A stretch of DNA of 64,000 nucleotides from Pholidichthys leucotaenia (Eukaryota): NCBI GenBank assembly GCA_020510985.1, contig CM035843.1:157187922-157251921 (forward strand). The letters are read 5' to 3'. Below are positions 1-11,061 of this stretch, piece after piece. Each line of letters opens with the position of its first letter. The stretch's first letter is position 1. Both the position numbers and the translations under genes were made by a program. The notes under the pieces are model-generated. The model ran no database searches. It saw only the letters and a program-made list of their open reading frames with translations, and was not told the origin of the DNA.

Positions 1-1447
<1,447 letters not shown>

Positions 1448-2040
1448 TATGTTCTAATTTTGCTGAATATTTTAATCGGTAAAATACAAGTGCCACATCT
1501 CCGTAGTTTTAAACAAAAATGAACATAATCTGCTACTGTTACATTAACATGACCACTGTTTAATGGCCACTGTGCTATTAATGTGCTAACTTCAGTAGAA
1601 CTTTGATGTTTATCTGTTTAAAGTACAGCCTGGAAAGACTTGAGGCTCGAGTCTTTCTCAGAAATGATTGCAGCAGTTAGGCTATAATATTAACCTGAAT
1701 TTGGAGAAGGTTCATTCACCACCTTTAAGGGCTGTATATCCTGTCAAAACTGCATTGTCCAAACCGCCAAACTCATTTATGGATGTGTCCAGCTCCATTT
1801 AGCCATTACGACTGTATACAACCAGACTATGAGATAGCAAAAGGATTGTACTAACTCTCTTATTTGTTCAGTAGCGTTTATTTTGGGTGTACCACGCAGT
1901 AAACCAATAAGTATAGCTCCTCTCCTTTAACAGGCAAGGGTGCATGATCTAAGGCGTATTTCCACTGGTGGAAGTTGCCAAGCATGGTGCAAATGCATGC
2001 TTTAGATTGTCAAGAGGGCCCCAAGTACTCTATACTCTTT

Positions 2041-3100
2041 CAGTCAAATACTATATATAGTAAATACTCATATGACCAGTAGGCAATTTGTTTTAGCAAG
2101 GGGGATGGGGTAGTCACCAATTTAGCGTAAGGTACAAATGTATGAATGTAAATTATGTACAAATTTGCAAGAATAAAGGTGCAAAGCTGTGATAAAAGTT
2201 GCCAATTTAAAAATAAAGTTGTAAATTACAATTTAATTACACAAAATAAAAATTTAACAGCATCCAGATGAGTGTTGCCAATTTATGAGAAAGTTGCAAA
2301 AGTTTCAGGAAAAAAAGATGAAAATTTACAGGAAAAAAAAGTTGCACATTAATAAGAGAAAAGTTGATTTAAAAATTTGTAGAAGGAAGTTCAAAAGTCA
2401 CTTTTTTTGCAAATTTATGATAAGTTGCAAATCTTTGAGAAAAGTATAAAAATTTACAGGAAAAAAGTTGCAAATTAATGAGAAAACATGATTAAAAATT
2501 TACAGAAAAAAAAGTCAAAATTCACAAGTAAAGGTTTTGCAAATTTTGGAGAAAAATGTTACAAATTTATGAGGAAAAAAAATTAAAATTTATAGGAGAA
2601 AATAAATGCACAAGATTTTTTTTTGCAAATTTATTAGAAAAATGTTTCAAGTTTTTGAGGAAAAATGTTGCAAATTTTTGAGACAAGAGTACAGATTTAT
2701 GAGCGGAAAAAGCTGCAAATTTACAAGAAAAAAGTTGCAGATTTATGAAGAAAAAAATGAAAAATTATGGGAGAAAATGGATTTTTTTTTTTTTTACAAA
2801 TTTATGGAAAAATGTTGCAAATTTTTGAGAAAAAAGTTAAAGATTTATGAGGAAAAAAAGAACACAGGAAAACAGTTTCAGATTTATGCAGAAAAAGGTT
2901 GAACATTGACAATAATTTTTTTGCGAATTGTTAAGGAAAAATTAGCAAATTTATAAGGGGAAAAAAAGCTGCAGATTTAAGAGAAAAAAGTTGAAAGATT
3001 AGTTTTTTTAAATTTTTGTTTGTTTGCATTTCTGTTTAAAGTTGGGTTATTTTATCCAGTTACGTAACGTGATATAGAAAGGTTTATGATGTTGTGGGTA
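2041..3100 (+). repeat. Composite element built as a conserved head (about 2100-2290, ...TCACCAATTTAGCGTAAGGTACAAATGTAT...), a 23-bp VNTR (2290-3010, unit roughly GTTGCAAATTTATGAGGAAAAAA) and a conserved tail (3010-3100, ...TTACGTAACGTGATATAGAAAGGTTTATGATG).
   Basis: The same head recurs at 31390-31580, 59170-59290 and, reverse-complemented, 34440-34520. The same tail recurs at 35640-35710. The VNTR unit recurs at many sites, listed below. Confidence 0.7.
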
Positions 3101-3164
3101 CAATTCTCTGCAGTTGTGCCTCCCTCATCATTTAACCTCATTTCATTTTTTCCTCATTTCACAG

Positions 3165-3243
3165 AGTTTATTGTGAAACTGATCCGGACCTCCCAGCTTA
3201 TCCCGTCAACTTTCAGGTGGCCAAATATTCCATCTTTGAAAAG
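3165..3243 (+). CDS. PARP4: PARP4 exon (first base completes a split codon). Encodes VYCETDPDLPAYPVNFQVAKYSIFEK, aligning to human PARP4 ...EIPHLPQDFEVAKYNTLEK.
   Basis: Acceptor ag at 3163-3164 after a pyrimidine tract, donor gtaaag at 3244. Matches the PARP4 regulatory region. Confidence 0.7.
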
Positions 3244-3327
3244 GTAAAGAATTTATAGTTTGCTATATCACTACTCCATGATTAGAAGTTGTAGCTGCGG
3301 TCAATGATGATGCATGTTCTTCTGTAG

Positions 3328-3432
3328 GAAAACAGCAACAGTTGGTGCGTTCTGGAGCTTCAGAGCTTCAGAGGAGCAGAAGGACAGCAGTACCGTGTGG
3401 TCAGGTCCTGGAAGGAGGATATCCATGCTAAG
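3328..3432 (+). CDS. PARP4: PARP4 exon. Encodes ENSNSWCVLELQSFRGAEGQQYRVVRSWKEDIHAK.
   Basis: Acceptor tctgtag ends at 3327, donor gtgaag at 3433. Phase 0 on both sides. Colinear with human VGMEGGQEAVVVELQCSRDS... Confidence 0.7.
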
Positions 3433-3498
3433 GTGAAGGCTGCTCTCTGATTTTAGCTTTCATTTAGATTTGATCAGTGTATGCTAACCCTGCTAGTG

Positions 3499-6132
3499 CA
3501 GGGGTGTCCAAACTTTTTGCAAAGAGGGTCAGATTTGGTCAGGTGAAAATGTATGGGGGCCGACCATTCAGCCTGACATTCCTCGAACCATTACCATTGT
3601 AAATTACCATGTAAATATGTAACTATATCACTTTGCTGTCTGCAGCTAGGTTCACATTGCAAATGAGAATCTGTTGTCAATTGCATTACCAGGAGAGTTA
3701 AAGGTTAAAATAATAATAAATTACATACAAATAAACTATTTTATGAAATTTGACTCTGAATATTTTTAGAAACGTGTATTTATTGACTTTGTTTCAACAA
3801 ATCACATCCCAGTGCATTTTGACAAAGAATAGTATAGCCCAGTGTTTTTCAACCTTTTTTAAGCCACGGCACATTTTTTTACATTGACAAAATCCTGGGG
3901 CACACCACCAACCAAAATGACACTCTATAGCCTAACACAGTAAAAATAATAAAATATAGTTAGCAATACAGTTTCTAAATGTGTTTATACTCAGTGTGAA
4001 CCCTGGGCCTGTTTAGATGAACACAAAGCTGATATCCTGGCAGGAATGGAAGAAAGACACACACGGAGCTCTTCCTCAACAGCTCTCAGTCTCTCTCTGT
4101 TTTTAGTGTTTATCACAGTCAAGCTTGAAAAGCTCAGCTCACACGGATATGTCGTGGAAAATTGGAGCAATGTTGAAATAGCTTTGTTGGCCAGAATGGG
4201 GAACTCCTAGGCAGCAGTCAACCAAAAACTGTCCAAAGGAAGATCAGCAAAGTTTAGCTTTAAACCATGATCTTGTTTCAGTTCAATGAGTTCCTCTTGC
4301 TCCTGTAAAGTCATGTCGTTTCCAACAACTGATGCTGAGCTGTATGGACCATCTGATTACAATTCTGATCAGAATTTTACTGTTTACATGGATCCTGAAA
4401 AAGCTGATCGGATTTGGACATGCGTTTTCATGTGTCACAGGTTTGAACAGAATAAATCATTTTGACATGCGCAGGTCGACATTCAAAAAATAGTAGAAGA
4501 AGAAGCAACTTCCAGTGTTAGCGAGCCCCGCCTCGTGTCGAAATTGACCTGTATTGTGTTATTCAGACTGTACTTTTGCTTCTGCTAGTCTCCGTAATGA
4601 AGCTACAAGTACATACTTCTGCATATGATGAACAGAGACAGCAGGACGATACAGACCAGTTTTGTTTTACTCCCGCTATGTTTTCCGCTAGCTGCTGCTA
4701 CGGCGGAAATACGTCACGTCGACGTGCAGTTGGTGTACAGACATGCGCAGTAAATATATTTTCTGCCCTGTGTTCGGAATAAGTGTTTTCATGCGCACCA
4801 TTCGGATTAACAATCGGCATAACCCACCCCTCTCAATCGGAATGAAATTTTGATCCGAATGAGCGTGATCGGGTCAGAATATTCAGATTGCCGTGTTTTC
4901 GTGAAGCATTTTTATTCCGATCAGGCTTTTAATCCAGTTACTTGTGTCCATGTAAACATAGCCACTCACTCGAGTAATTAAGTTAAATTGGATAATTTCC
5001 CACCGCACACCTAACGATCTCTTATGGCACACAGGTTGAAAATCACTGGTATAGTCAAATTAAATGACAGAAATTTGACAAAACTGTGGTTTGATCATCA
5101 CAAAAAATAAATTCACTGAGACTTTGGAATTTATTCTCCTCAGAAGAATAAAAAAAATGTACCTGCATTAATGTGAAGGGTGACACTGGTGTTTTGACTG
5201 CAGTAAGCAGGCCAGGCCAGGTCTGGCTCAAAAGCAGTGGTTTTGATGCGCAAGATGTCACGCAGGTGAGAGTCACTTAGTCTTGTCCTCACACAGTTCT
5301 TGTTAATGTTCATAACCAAGAACGTCTTCTCGCACAAGTATGTCGAGCCAAACAAGCTCAGCATTTTCTTAGCAAATGTTCGAATCACTTGGAACCTGTC
5401 TTTGTCCAGCTGGCGGTAAAAGTCGATGAGAGGCAGTTGGTGGTGGCTGCAGTGTGACACTCCGCGTCACACTGCAGCTCAATGAGCTCCAGCTGCAGGT
5501 GGTCTGGAGCGTCATTAGGATCCACGGAAAAAGGAGTGGAAAAAAGTGTGATCTCCTTTTCAATAGCTGCGAAATCCCTGAAACTTTGTTGAAACTCCTC
5601 AGTCAGAGATGAGATGTTTTCTGCGTACCTCCTCATTTGTGCACTAATATTGTTTTCTGGAAAACTGGTCATCATTTCCTGCAGTGATGGGAAATGTGTG
5701 GTATTGGGCTGCGTTTGTGACAGGTGCCTTTGGAAAAGTAGCAGCTTTGTCCGAAAAGCTTTTATGTATGAATACAATTGGCTCACCACTGCATTTTGCA
5801 CCTGAAGGCTCGTGTTCAGCGCGTTCAGATGTCGTGTTATGTCAACTAAAAATCCAAAATCAGCCAGCCAAACAGGATTGCAGAGTTCTGACATCGGTTG
5901 TCTGATGCCGGAAAGTTCACACAGGGGTCATGTGACGAGAATGCGGCCACAGGTCTACTGCCACCCTCTGGTGAAATATAAAATTGCTGTTTTTGGTATG
6001 TGTGTATTGTTGACTGTGGGAAACTGTGCTGGCGGGCCACATATTATTGATTTTATGACAGGACGCTTCGGGCCGGTGGAAATTTGGACACGGGCCGGAT
6101 TTGGCCCGGGGGCCGGACTTTGGGCATGCCTG
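3499..6132 (+). mobile_element. Non-autonomous hAT-family DNA transposon (2.6 kb). It carries a remnant hAT C-terminal dimerisation-domain ORF on the minus strand at 5140-5894.
   Basis: Termini are CAGGGGTG... and ...CATGCCTG, with imperfect sub-terminal inverted repeats around a GTCCAAA motif. An 8-bp target-site duplication tGCTAGTG (3491-3498) and aGCTAGTG (6133-6140) flanks it. The internal ORF has the motif STYLCEKTFLVMNINKNCVRTRLSDSHLRDILRIK, typical of hAT/GTF2IRD2-like transposase C-termini. Confidence 0.7.
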
Positions 6133-6349
6133 AGCTAGTGTTAGCCCCAATATGGCCCCCTCAATAACCAATGGAAGATGGAGGTTGGGGTGAACTGGAG
6201 CAGATTAGCATCTCATTTAACATAAAATCCTAATCCTAAACTGGGTGTAAAATGCTGCTGAAGTGTTTAACCCCTGAGGTGTTTTGACCAAAGTGTGTCA
6301 CAGACTTCTGCAAAAACTTGATCCACACCATTCATCTGTGTGCCATCAG

Positions 6350-6508
6350 AGGGCGGCGGTCAGAGATAAGTTGGCGTTTCTGTCGACCTCAGAGGAAGCG
6401 GTGGAGGTTTACCAGGACTGGATCAACAGCCTGGAGGAGTCTGGGCTGCAGAGGAGGAGCATCCTTCCTTCACAGGAACACTCACTGGGATCTGAGCCCC
6501 TCCAGCAG
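6350..6508 (+). CDS. PARP4: PARP4 exon. Encodes RAAVRDKLAFLSTSEEAVEVYQDWINSLEESGLQRRSILPSQEHSLGSEPLQQ.
   Basis: Acceptor cag at 6347-6349, donor gtctga at 6509. Aligns to human FAIKKTSEDASEYFENYIEELKKQGF...SEQLQA. Confidence 0.75.
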
Positions 6509-6539
6509 GTCTGACACACGTCACCTGACACCTTTTTCT

Positions 6540-7200
6540 CATTAATATTTCACTGTTGCTTGAATATTTGTAATGTTTTCTCATATATTTACATTGTTTT
6601 CTTGTAAATTTGCCTTTTTTTCTTCTAAATTTTCAATTTTTCTTGTAAATTTTCTGCTTTTTTGATAAATTTGCCCCATTTTCCTCACAATTTTTTTCTC
6701 ATAAACTTGCCACTCATTTTGTTGTAAATTTGCCATTTTTTTTCTTAGAAATTTCAGATTTTTTTCTCATAAATATTTCACTTTTTTCTCATAAAATTGC
6801 AGTGTCTCCCTCTCTCTCTACATATATATTTATATACGTATATGCATTTTTTTCTTAAAAATTTGCAATTTTTTCCTGTAAATTTGCTACTTTTTTACTT
6901 GGAAATTTGCCAGTTTTTTTCTTACGAATTTCCTGCTTTTTTTTCTCATAAATTTGCATTTTTCTCTCATATACATGCAATTATTTGTTCTTGTAAATTT
7001 ACCATTTTTTTTCTTGTAAATTTGCTGCTTTTTTATTTGGAAGTTTGCAATGTTTTTCCTCATATTTGCATTTTTTTCTTATAAATTTGAATTCATTTTT
7101 CCTTCTAAATTTGCCTTTTTTATAAATCTGCTGGGGTTTTTTTTTGTAAATTTGCAACTTTTACATTGCCAATATGACTTTGTTTCTCATAAACTTATTT
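6540..7200 (-). repeat. 23-bp VNTR array in reverse orientation (TTCTCATAAATTTGCAA... units).
   Basis: Tandem units of about 21-24 bp, visible by eye and complementary to the 2290-3010 array. Followed by a (C)17 tract at 7216-7232. Confidence 0.8.
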
Positions 7201-7381
7201 TTTTTGTTGTAGAACCCCCCCCCCCCCCCCCAACATACACACACACATACACACAATCTAGGATTGCTTATTGACTTTAACAGGAAACGGTGCATGACCT
7301 AAGGTAGATTTCTGCCTTATAAAATGGCATTTACCTGGAAGGGCACATTGGTTTTGTGCCATCAGACAGCTGTACTTGTGT

Positions 7382-9369
7382 CCATCCATCCATCCATCCA
7401 TCTTCTACCGCTTTTCCGGAGGTCCGGGTCGCGGAGGCAGCAGTTCAAGCAGAGAAGCCCAGACTTCCCTCTCCCCAGCCACCTGCTCCAGCTCTTCAGA
7501 GGGGATACCAAGGCGTTCCCAGACTAGCTGGGAGACATAGTCTCTCCACCGAGTCCTGGGTCTGCCCCGGGGTCTCCTCCCAGTGGGACGTGCCTGAAAC
7601 ACCTCAAGTGGGAGACGTCCAGGAGGCATCCTAATCAGATGCCCATACCACCTCAACTGACTCCTTTCAATGTGGAGGAGCAGCGGTTCTACTCTGAGCC
7701 TCTTCCGGATGACTGAGCTCCTCACCCTATCTCTGAGGGTGAGTCCAGCAATCCTACGGAGAAAGCTCATTTCAGCCGCTTGTATCCGCGATCTCGTTCT
7801 TTCGGTCATTACCCAAAGCTCGTGACCATAGGTGAAAGTAGGAACGTAGATTGACTGGTAAATCGACAGCTTTGCCTTAGAACTAAGCTCCCTCTTCACC
7901 ACAACAGACCGGTACAACGTCCGCATCACTGCAGATGCTGCTCCAATCCGTCTGTCGATCTCTCGCTCCATTTTCCCCTCACTCGTGAACAAGACCCCAA
8001 GATACTTAAACTCCTCCACTTGGGGCAGGAGCCTGTCCCCAACCCGGAGAGGACAATCCACCTTTTTCCGGCTGAGGACCATGGACTCGGACTTGGAGGT
8101 GCTGATTCTCATCCCAGCCGCTTCACACTCAGCGGCAAACCGTCCCAGCAAGAGCTGTAGGTCATTGCTGGATGAAGCCAACAGGACAACATCATCTGCA
8201 AACAACAGAGATGAGATCCTGTGGTCACCAAGCATGACACCCTTCATTCCCTGGCTGCACCTAGAAATCCTGTCCATAAAAATTATGAACAGGACCGGTG
8301 ACAAAGGGCAGCCCTGGCGGAGTCCAACTCTCACTGGGAATGACTCCGACCGAGTGTTGGCAATACGAACTAAACTCTCACAACGGTCGTACAGAGACCG
8401 AATAGCTCGTAACAACAAGCCCGATACCCCATACTCCCGAAGCACCCCCCACAAAAATCCACGAGGGACGCGGTCAAATGCCTTCTCCAAGTCCACAAAA
8501 CACATGTAAACTGGTTGGGCAAACTCCCACGAACCCTCAAGAATTCTCGAGAGGGTAAAGAGCTGGTCCGATGTGCCACGGCCAGGACGAAAACCACATT
8601 GCTCCTCCTGAATCCGAGGTTCGACCAACGGCCGGACTCTCCTCTCCAGTACCTTGGCATAGACCTTCCCAGGGAGGCTGAGGAGTGTGATCCCTCTAAA
8701 GTTGGAGCACACCCTCCGGTCCCCTTTTTTGAAGAGAGGAACCACCACCCCGGTTTGCCATGCCAAAGGCACTGCCCCCGACCTCCACGCAATGTTGCAG
8801 AGGCGTGTCAACCATGACAACCCAACAACATCCAGGGCCTTGAGGTACTCGGGGCGAATCTCGTCCACCCCCGGGGCCCGGCCACCAAGGAGATTTTTAA
8901 CCACCTTGGCGACCTCAGCCCCTGTGATAGGCGAGTCATCCCCCTTGTCCCCAAACCCTGCTTCCTCTGTGGAAGGCGTATCAGTGGGATTGAGGAGATC
9001 CTCGAAGTATTCCTTCCACCGCCCGACGATATCCCCAGTTGAAGTCAACAGTGTCCCATCCGCACCATACACAGTGTGGACGGGGAGCTGCTTTCCCCTC
9101 CTGAGCCGCCGAACAGTTTGCCAGAATCTCTTTGAAGCCGACCGAAAGTCTTGTTCCATGGCCTCACCGAACTCCTCCCATACCCGGGTTTTTGCTTCAG
9201 CAACCACCCGAGCTGCACTCCGCTTGGCCTGCCGGTACACCTCAGCTGCTTCGGGAGTCCCACAAGCCAACCAAGCTTGATAGGACTCCTTCTTCAGCTT
9301 AATGGCCCCCCTCACCACTGGTGTCCACCACTTGGTTCGGGGGTTGCCACCACGAGATGCACCGACCAC
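7382..9369 (-). mobile_element. 5'-truncated non-LTR retrotransposon (Rex1/Babar- or CR1-like). RT ORF 7405-9369 (654 aa, FADD motif, C-terminal RPTGRRPRGRPRTRWRDYV). The 3' end terminates in (ATGG)n.
   Basis: Long minus-strand RT ORF ending exactly at the truncation point. A 12-bp TSD CTGTACTTGTGT lies at 7370-7381 and 9370-9381. (CCAT)5 on the + strand at 7382-7401. Confidence 0.75.
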
Positions 9370-9832
9370 CTGTACTTGTGTGCGAAGTGAAAATGCATCC
9401 GTACATCACCAGTCTGCACTGCTTGGCATTAAGACAGATATTAAGGAGTTTTAGTCTCTTTTACTGAATAAGTTCATTCATTCTATTAGTTAAATCAATT
9501 CTCAGGAAGAGCAGATTTAATGGGAGATGACCCCCAAATTTGCAGTAATTTTAGTTCAAGAAAACAATTGGAGAACACTTGTCTGGTCACAGACCTTTTG
9601 CATATGTGTGGTTTTAAATTAGATGACATGACCTTAAAAAGGGTCTTAAATTACATATCTTATAGTTACAGATATTGTACAACATTTTTGCTAATGTGGT
9701 AAATACAATTTTGTTTAATTGAGACAAAACTAGCCTGTTGAATTGATGTATTTTGTTTATAAATATGGCAGGTTGGATGTTATAAATTGTTGATGATCAC
9801 CTGTTATAACATGTGCTCTACCTGCTCCGCAG

Positions 9833-9971
9833 CTGCTCCTGGAGGAGAAGCTGAACACAGGAAGGTCTGTCAGAGGAAGTGGGCATGTTCGTGGAGCTGT
9901 TGTGGACTGAGGCCCTGGGCTGCCTCGGCCGGATCCTGGACGTTTTGGTCGACAAGCTCAGCCTCAACGAC
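9833..9971 (+). CDS. PARP4: PARP4 exon. The conservative model is 9861-9971 (EGLSEEVGMFVELLWTEALGCLGRILDVLVDKLSLND). The upstream 9833-9860 encodes LLLEEKLNTG in another frame (see finding).
   Basis: Donor gtaagg at 9972. Acceptor is either cag at 9858-9860 (frame-consistent) or ccgcag at 9830-9832 (better homology to human LLLEEVMNSSTLSQEV, but needs a 1-nt frame correction). Confidence 0.65.
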
Positions 9972-10409
9972 GTAAGGATTCCTCTGGGAATGTCAGTCTG
10001 CTGTGCTTAGTTAGGTTAGTCCTTCAGTCTCCCTTCTTCAAATCCCACCAGAGGTCTTCCTGTGTGGGGCTGTGGTGGCCACTCGAGAACTTCCAGGACC
10101 TTCTTTGAAACAAAGTTTAGTGGACTCGCGGTATCCTTGGAAGGCCCTAAGACACTCAAGCTTTCAGCTTCCTGGAATTATCTGGTTGAATCTCGTGTTT
10201 CAGTGGCGGACGGAGCAAAGCAGCCCCAGACCATGTCTGTGCCCCCACCATGCTTCACTGTAGGCAGGGTGCTTCATTCGTCCCTCCTCCAGTTTTGTTT
10301 CATATCTAGACAGGACAGAATCCCTCAAACTTCTGGGGATTATTTATGTGATTTTGAACATATTGACTCCAACTTTTCTTGAAAAGTGAAAAGTGAATCA
10401 TTATGTTTC

Positions 10410-10430
10410 TGTGTGTGTGTGTGTGTGTGT
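10410..10430 (+). repeat. (TG)10 microsatellite immediately upstream of the 3' splice site of the PARP4 exon at 10435.
   Basis: tctgtgtgtgtgtgtgtgtgtgtgtatag|GTGAGC. Confidence 0.9.
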
Positions 10431-10434
10431 ATAG

Positions 10435-10602
10435 GTGAGCAGAGCAGAAGGCCTGTTGCTTCAGGCTCAGAAGAAGCTGAGGGAGGACAATCATGTCGAG
10501 GCCGCCTCTTTGTTGGAGGAGTTTTACACTCTGGTGCCGCACCGAGAAGTCGACAGAGTTCCCCGCACCAGTCTCATCTCACAGAAACTGGATCTCTGCC
10601 AG
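10435..10602 (+). CDS. PARP4: PARP4 exon. Encodes VSRAEGLLLQAQKKLREDNHVEAASLLEEFYTLVPHREVDRVPRTSLISQKLDLCQ.
   Basis: Acceptor atag at 10431-10434, directly preceded by (TG)10. Donor gtaaga at 10603. Aligns to human VSKAEGILLLVKAALKNGETAEQLQKMMTEFYRLIPHKG...KKADLCQ. Confidence 0.8.
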
Positions 10603-10690
10603 GTAAGAACTGGCGCTTCCTTAAACGACTCTGACATGGACGCGATGTTTTAAACCAGTCAGCAGCACCGACTCTTTTCTTCCTCTACAG

Positions 10691-10842
10691 TTAATGCGAG
10701 ATGTGCTGAACGTGAGCGAGCTGTCCTGGAAGAGCCCCACCCCTTCATGTGTGGGGAAGTACCGTGCCCTGAGGTGCAGCATTGAGACGGTCCCCCTCAA
10801 CAGCCCAGAGTTTCAGGATGTGACCAATCTGCTGGTGGACAG
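10691..10842 (+). CDS. PARP4: PARP4 exon. Encodes LMRDVLNVSELSWKSPTPSCVGKYRALRCSIETVPLNSPEFQDVTNLLVD(R).
   Basis: Acceptor tctacag ends at 10690, donor gtgggg at 10843. Matches human LIRDMVNVCETNLSKPNPPSLAKYRALRCKIEH... Confidence 0.8.
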
Positions 10843-10929
10843 GTGGGGGGTTTACCGTCCATGGACAATATGAAGCCAGTAGCTTCAGTGTGTATAAACA
10901 TGAGGGTTTTTGTCTCTTCTGTGTTGCAG

Positions 10930-11061
10930 CCGCGTGTCTATCAAGCGGATTCTTCGCGTCTGCAGGGGAGTCGACCTCCAGACCTTCCAGAGTGACCTGG
11001 GCAACATCAGGCCCCTCCTCCACTCCTCCAATCCCAGCAACTTTGTGGGAATCCTGTCTCG
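10930..11061 (+). CDS. PARP4: PARP4 exon (PARP catalytic region). Encodes (S)RVSIKRILRVCRGVDLQTFQSDLGNIRPLLHSSNPSNFVGILS(R).
   Basis: Acceptor ttgcag ends at 10929, donor gtgaga at 11062. Matches human ...LGNVRPLLHGSPVQNIVGILCRG. The split codons are phase-consistent with the neighbouring exons. Confidence 0.8.

Noticed and set aside
2606-2902. ORFs of 98-168 aa inside the VNTR arrays (for example 2606-2902, 6797-7084, 20690-21196, 59241-59615), encoding K/F/E-rich low-complexity peptides.
   Set aside because: They are translations of the 23-bp tandem repeat in whichever frame happens to be open. They have no domain similarity and their boundaries follow the repeat edges.
2290-3010. A CRISPR-like array, a prokaryotic defence island or another previously undescribed system, as suggested by the task framing.
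   Set aside because: The window is eukaryotic: it has spliceosomal introns, LINE, SINE and Tc1 content, and a vertebrate PARP4 gene. The 23-bp repeats are contiguous tandem units with no unique spacers and no cas genes. No prokaryote-type operon structure exists.
7985-9280. Plus-strand ORFs (174-197 aa) antisense to the Rex-like RT ORF. Similar antisense ORFs lie opposite other TE ORFs, for example 37115-37357, 44823-45296 and 50047-50492.
   Set aside because: They are mirror-strand artefacts of long TE coding regions with proline- and arginine-rich, domain-free translations.
9787-9975. The track ORF MLMITCYNMCSTCSAAAPGGEAEHRKV..., a third reading of the PARP4 exon region.
   Set aside because: It is out of frame relative to both homology-supported frames and represents neither candidate exon reading.
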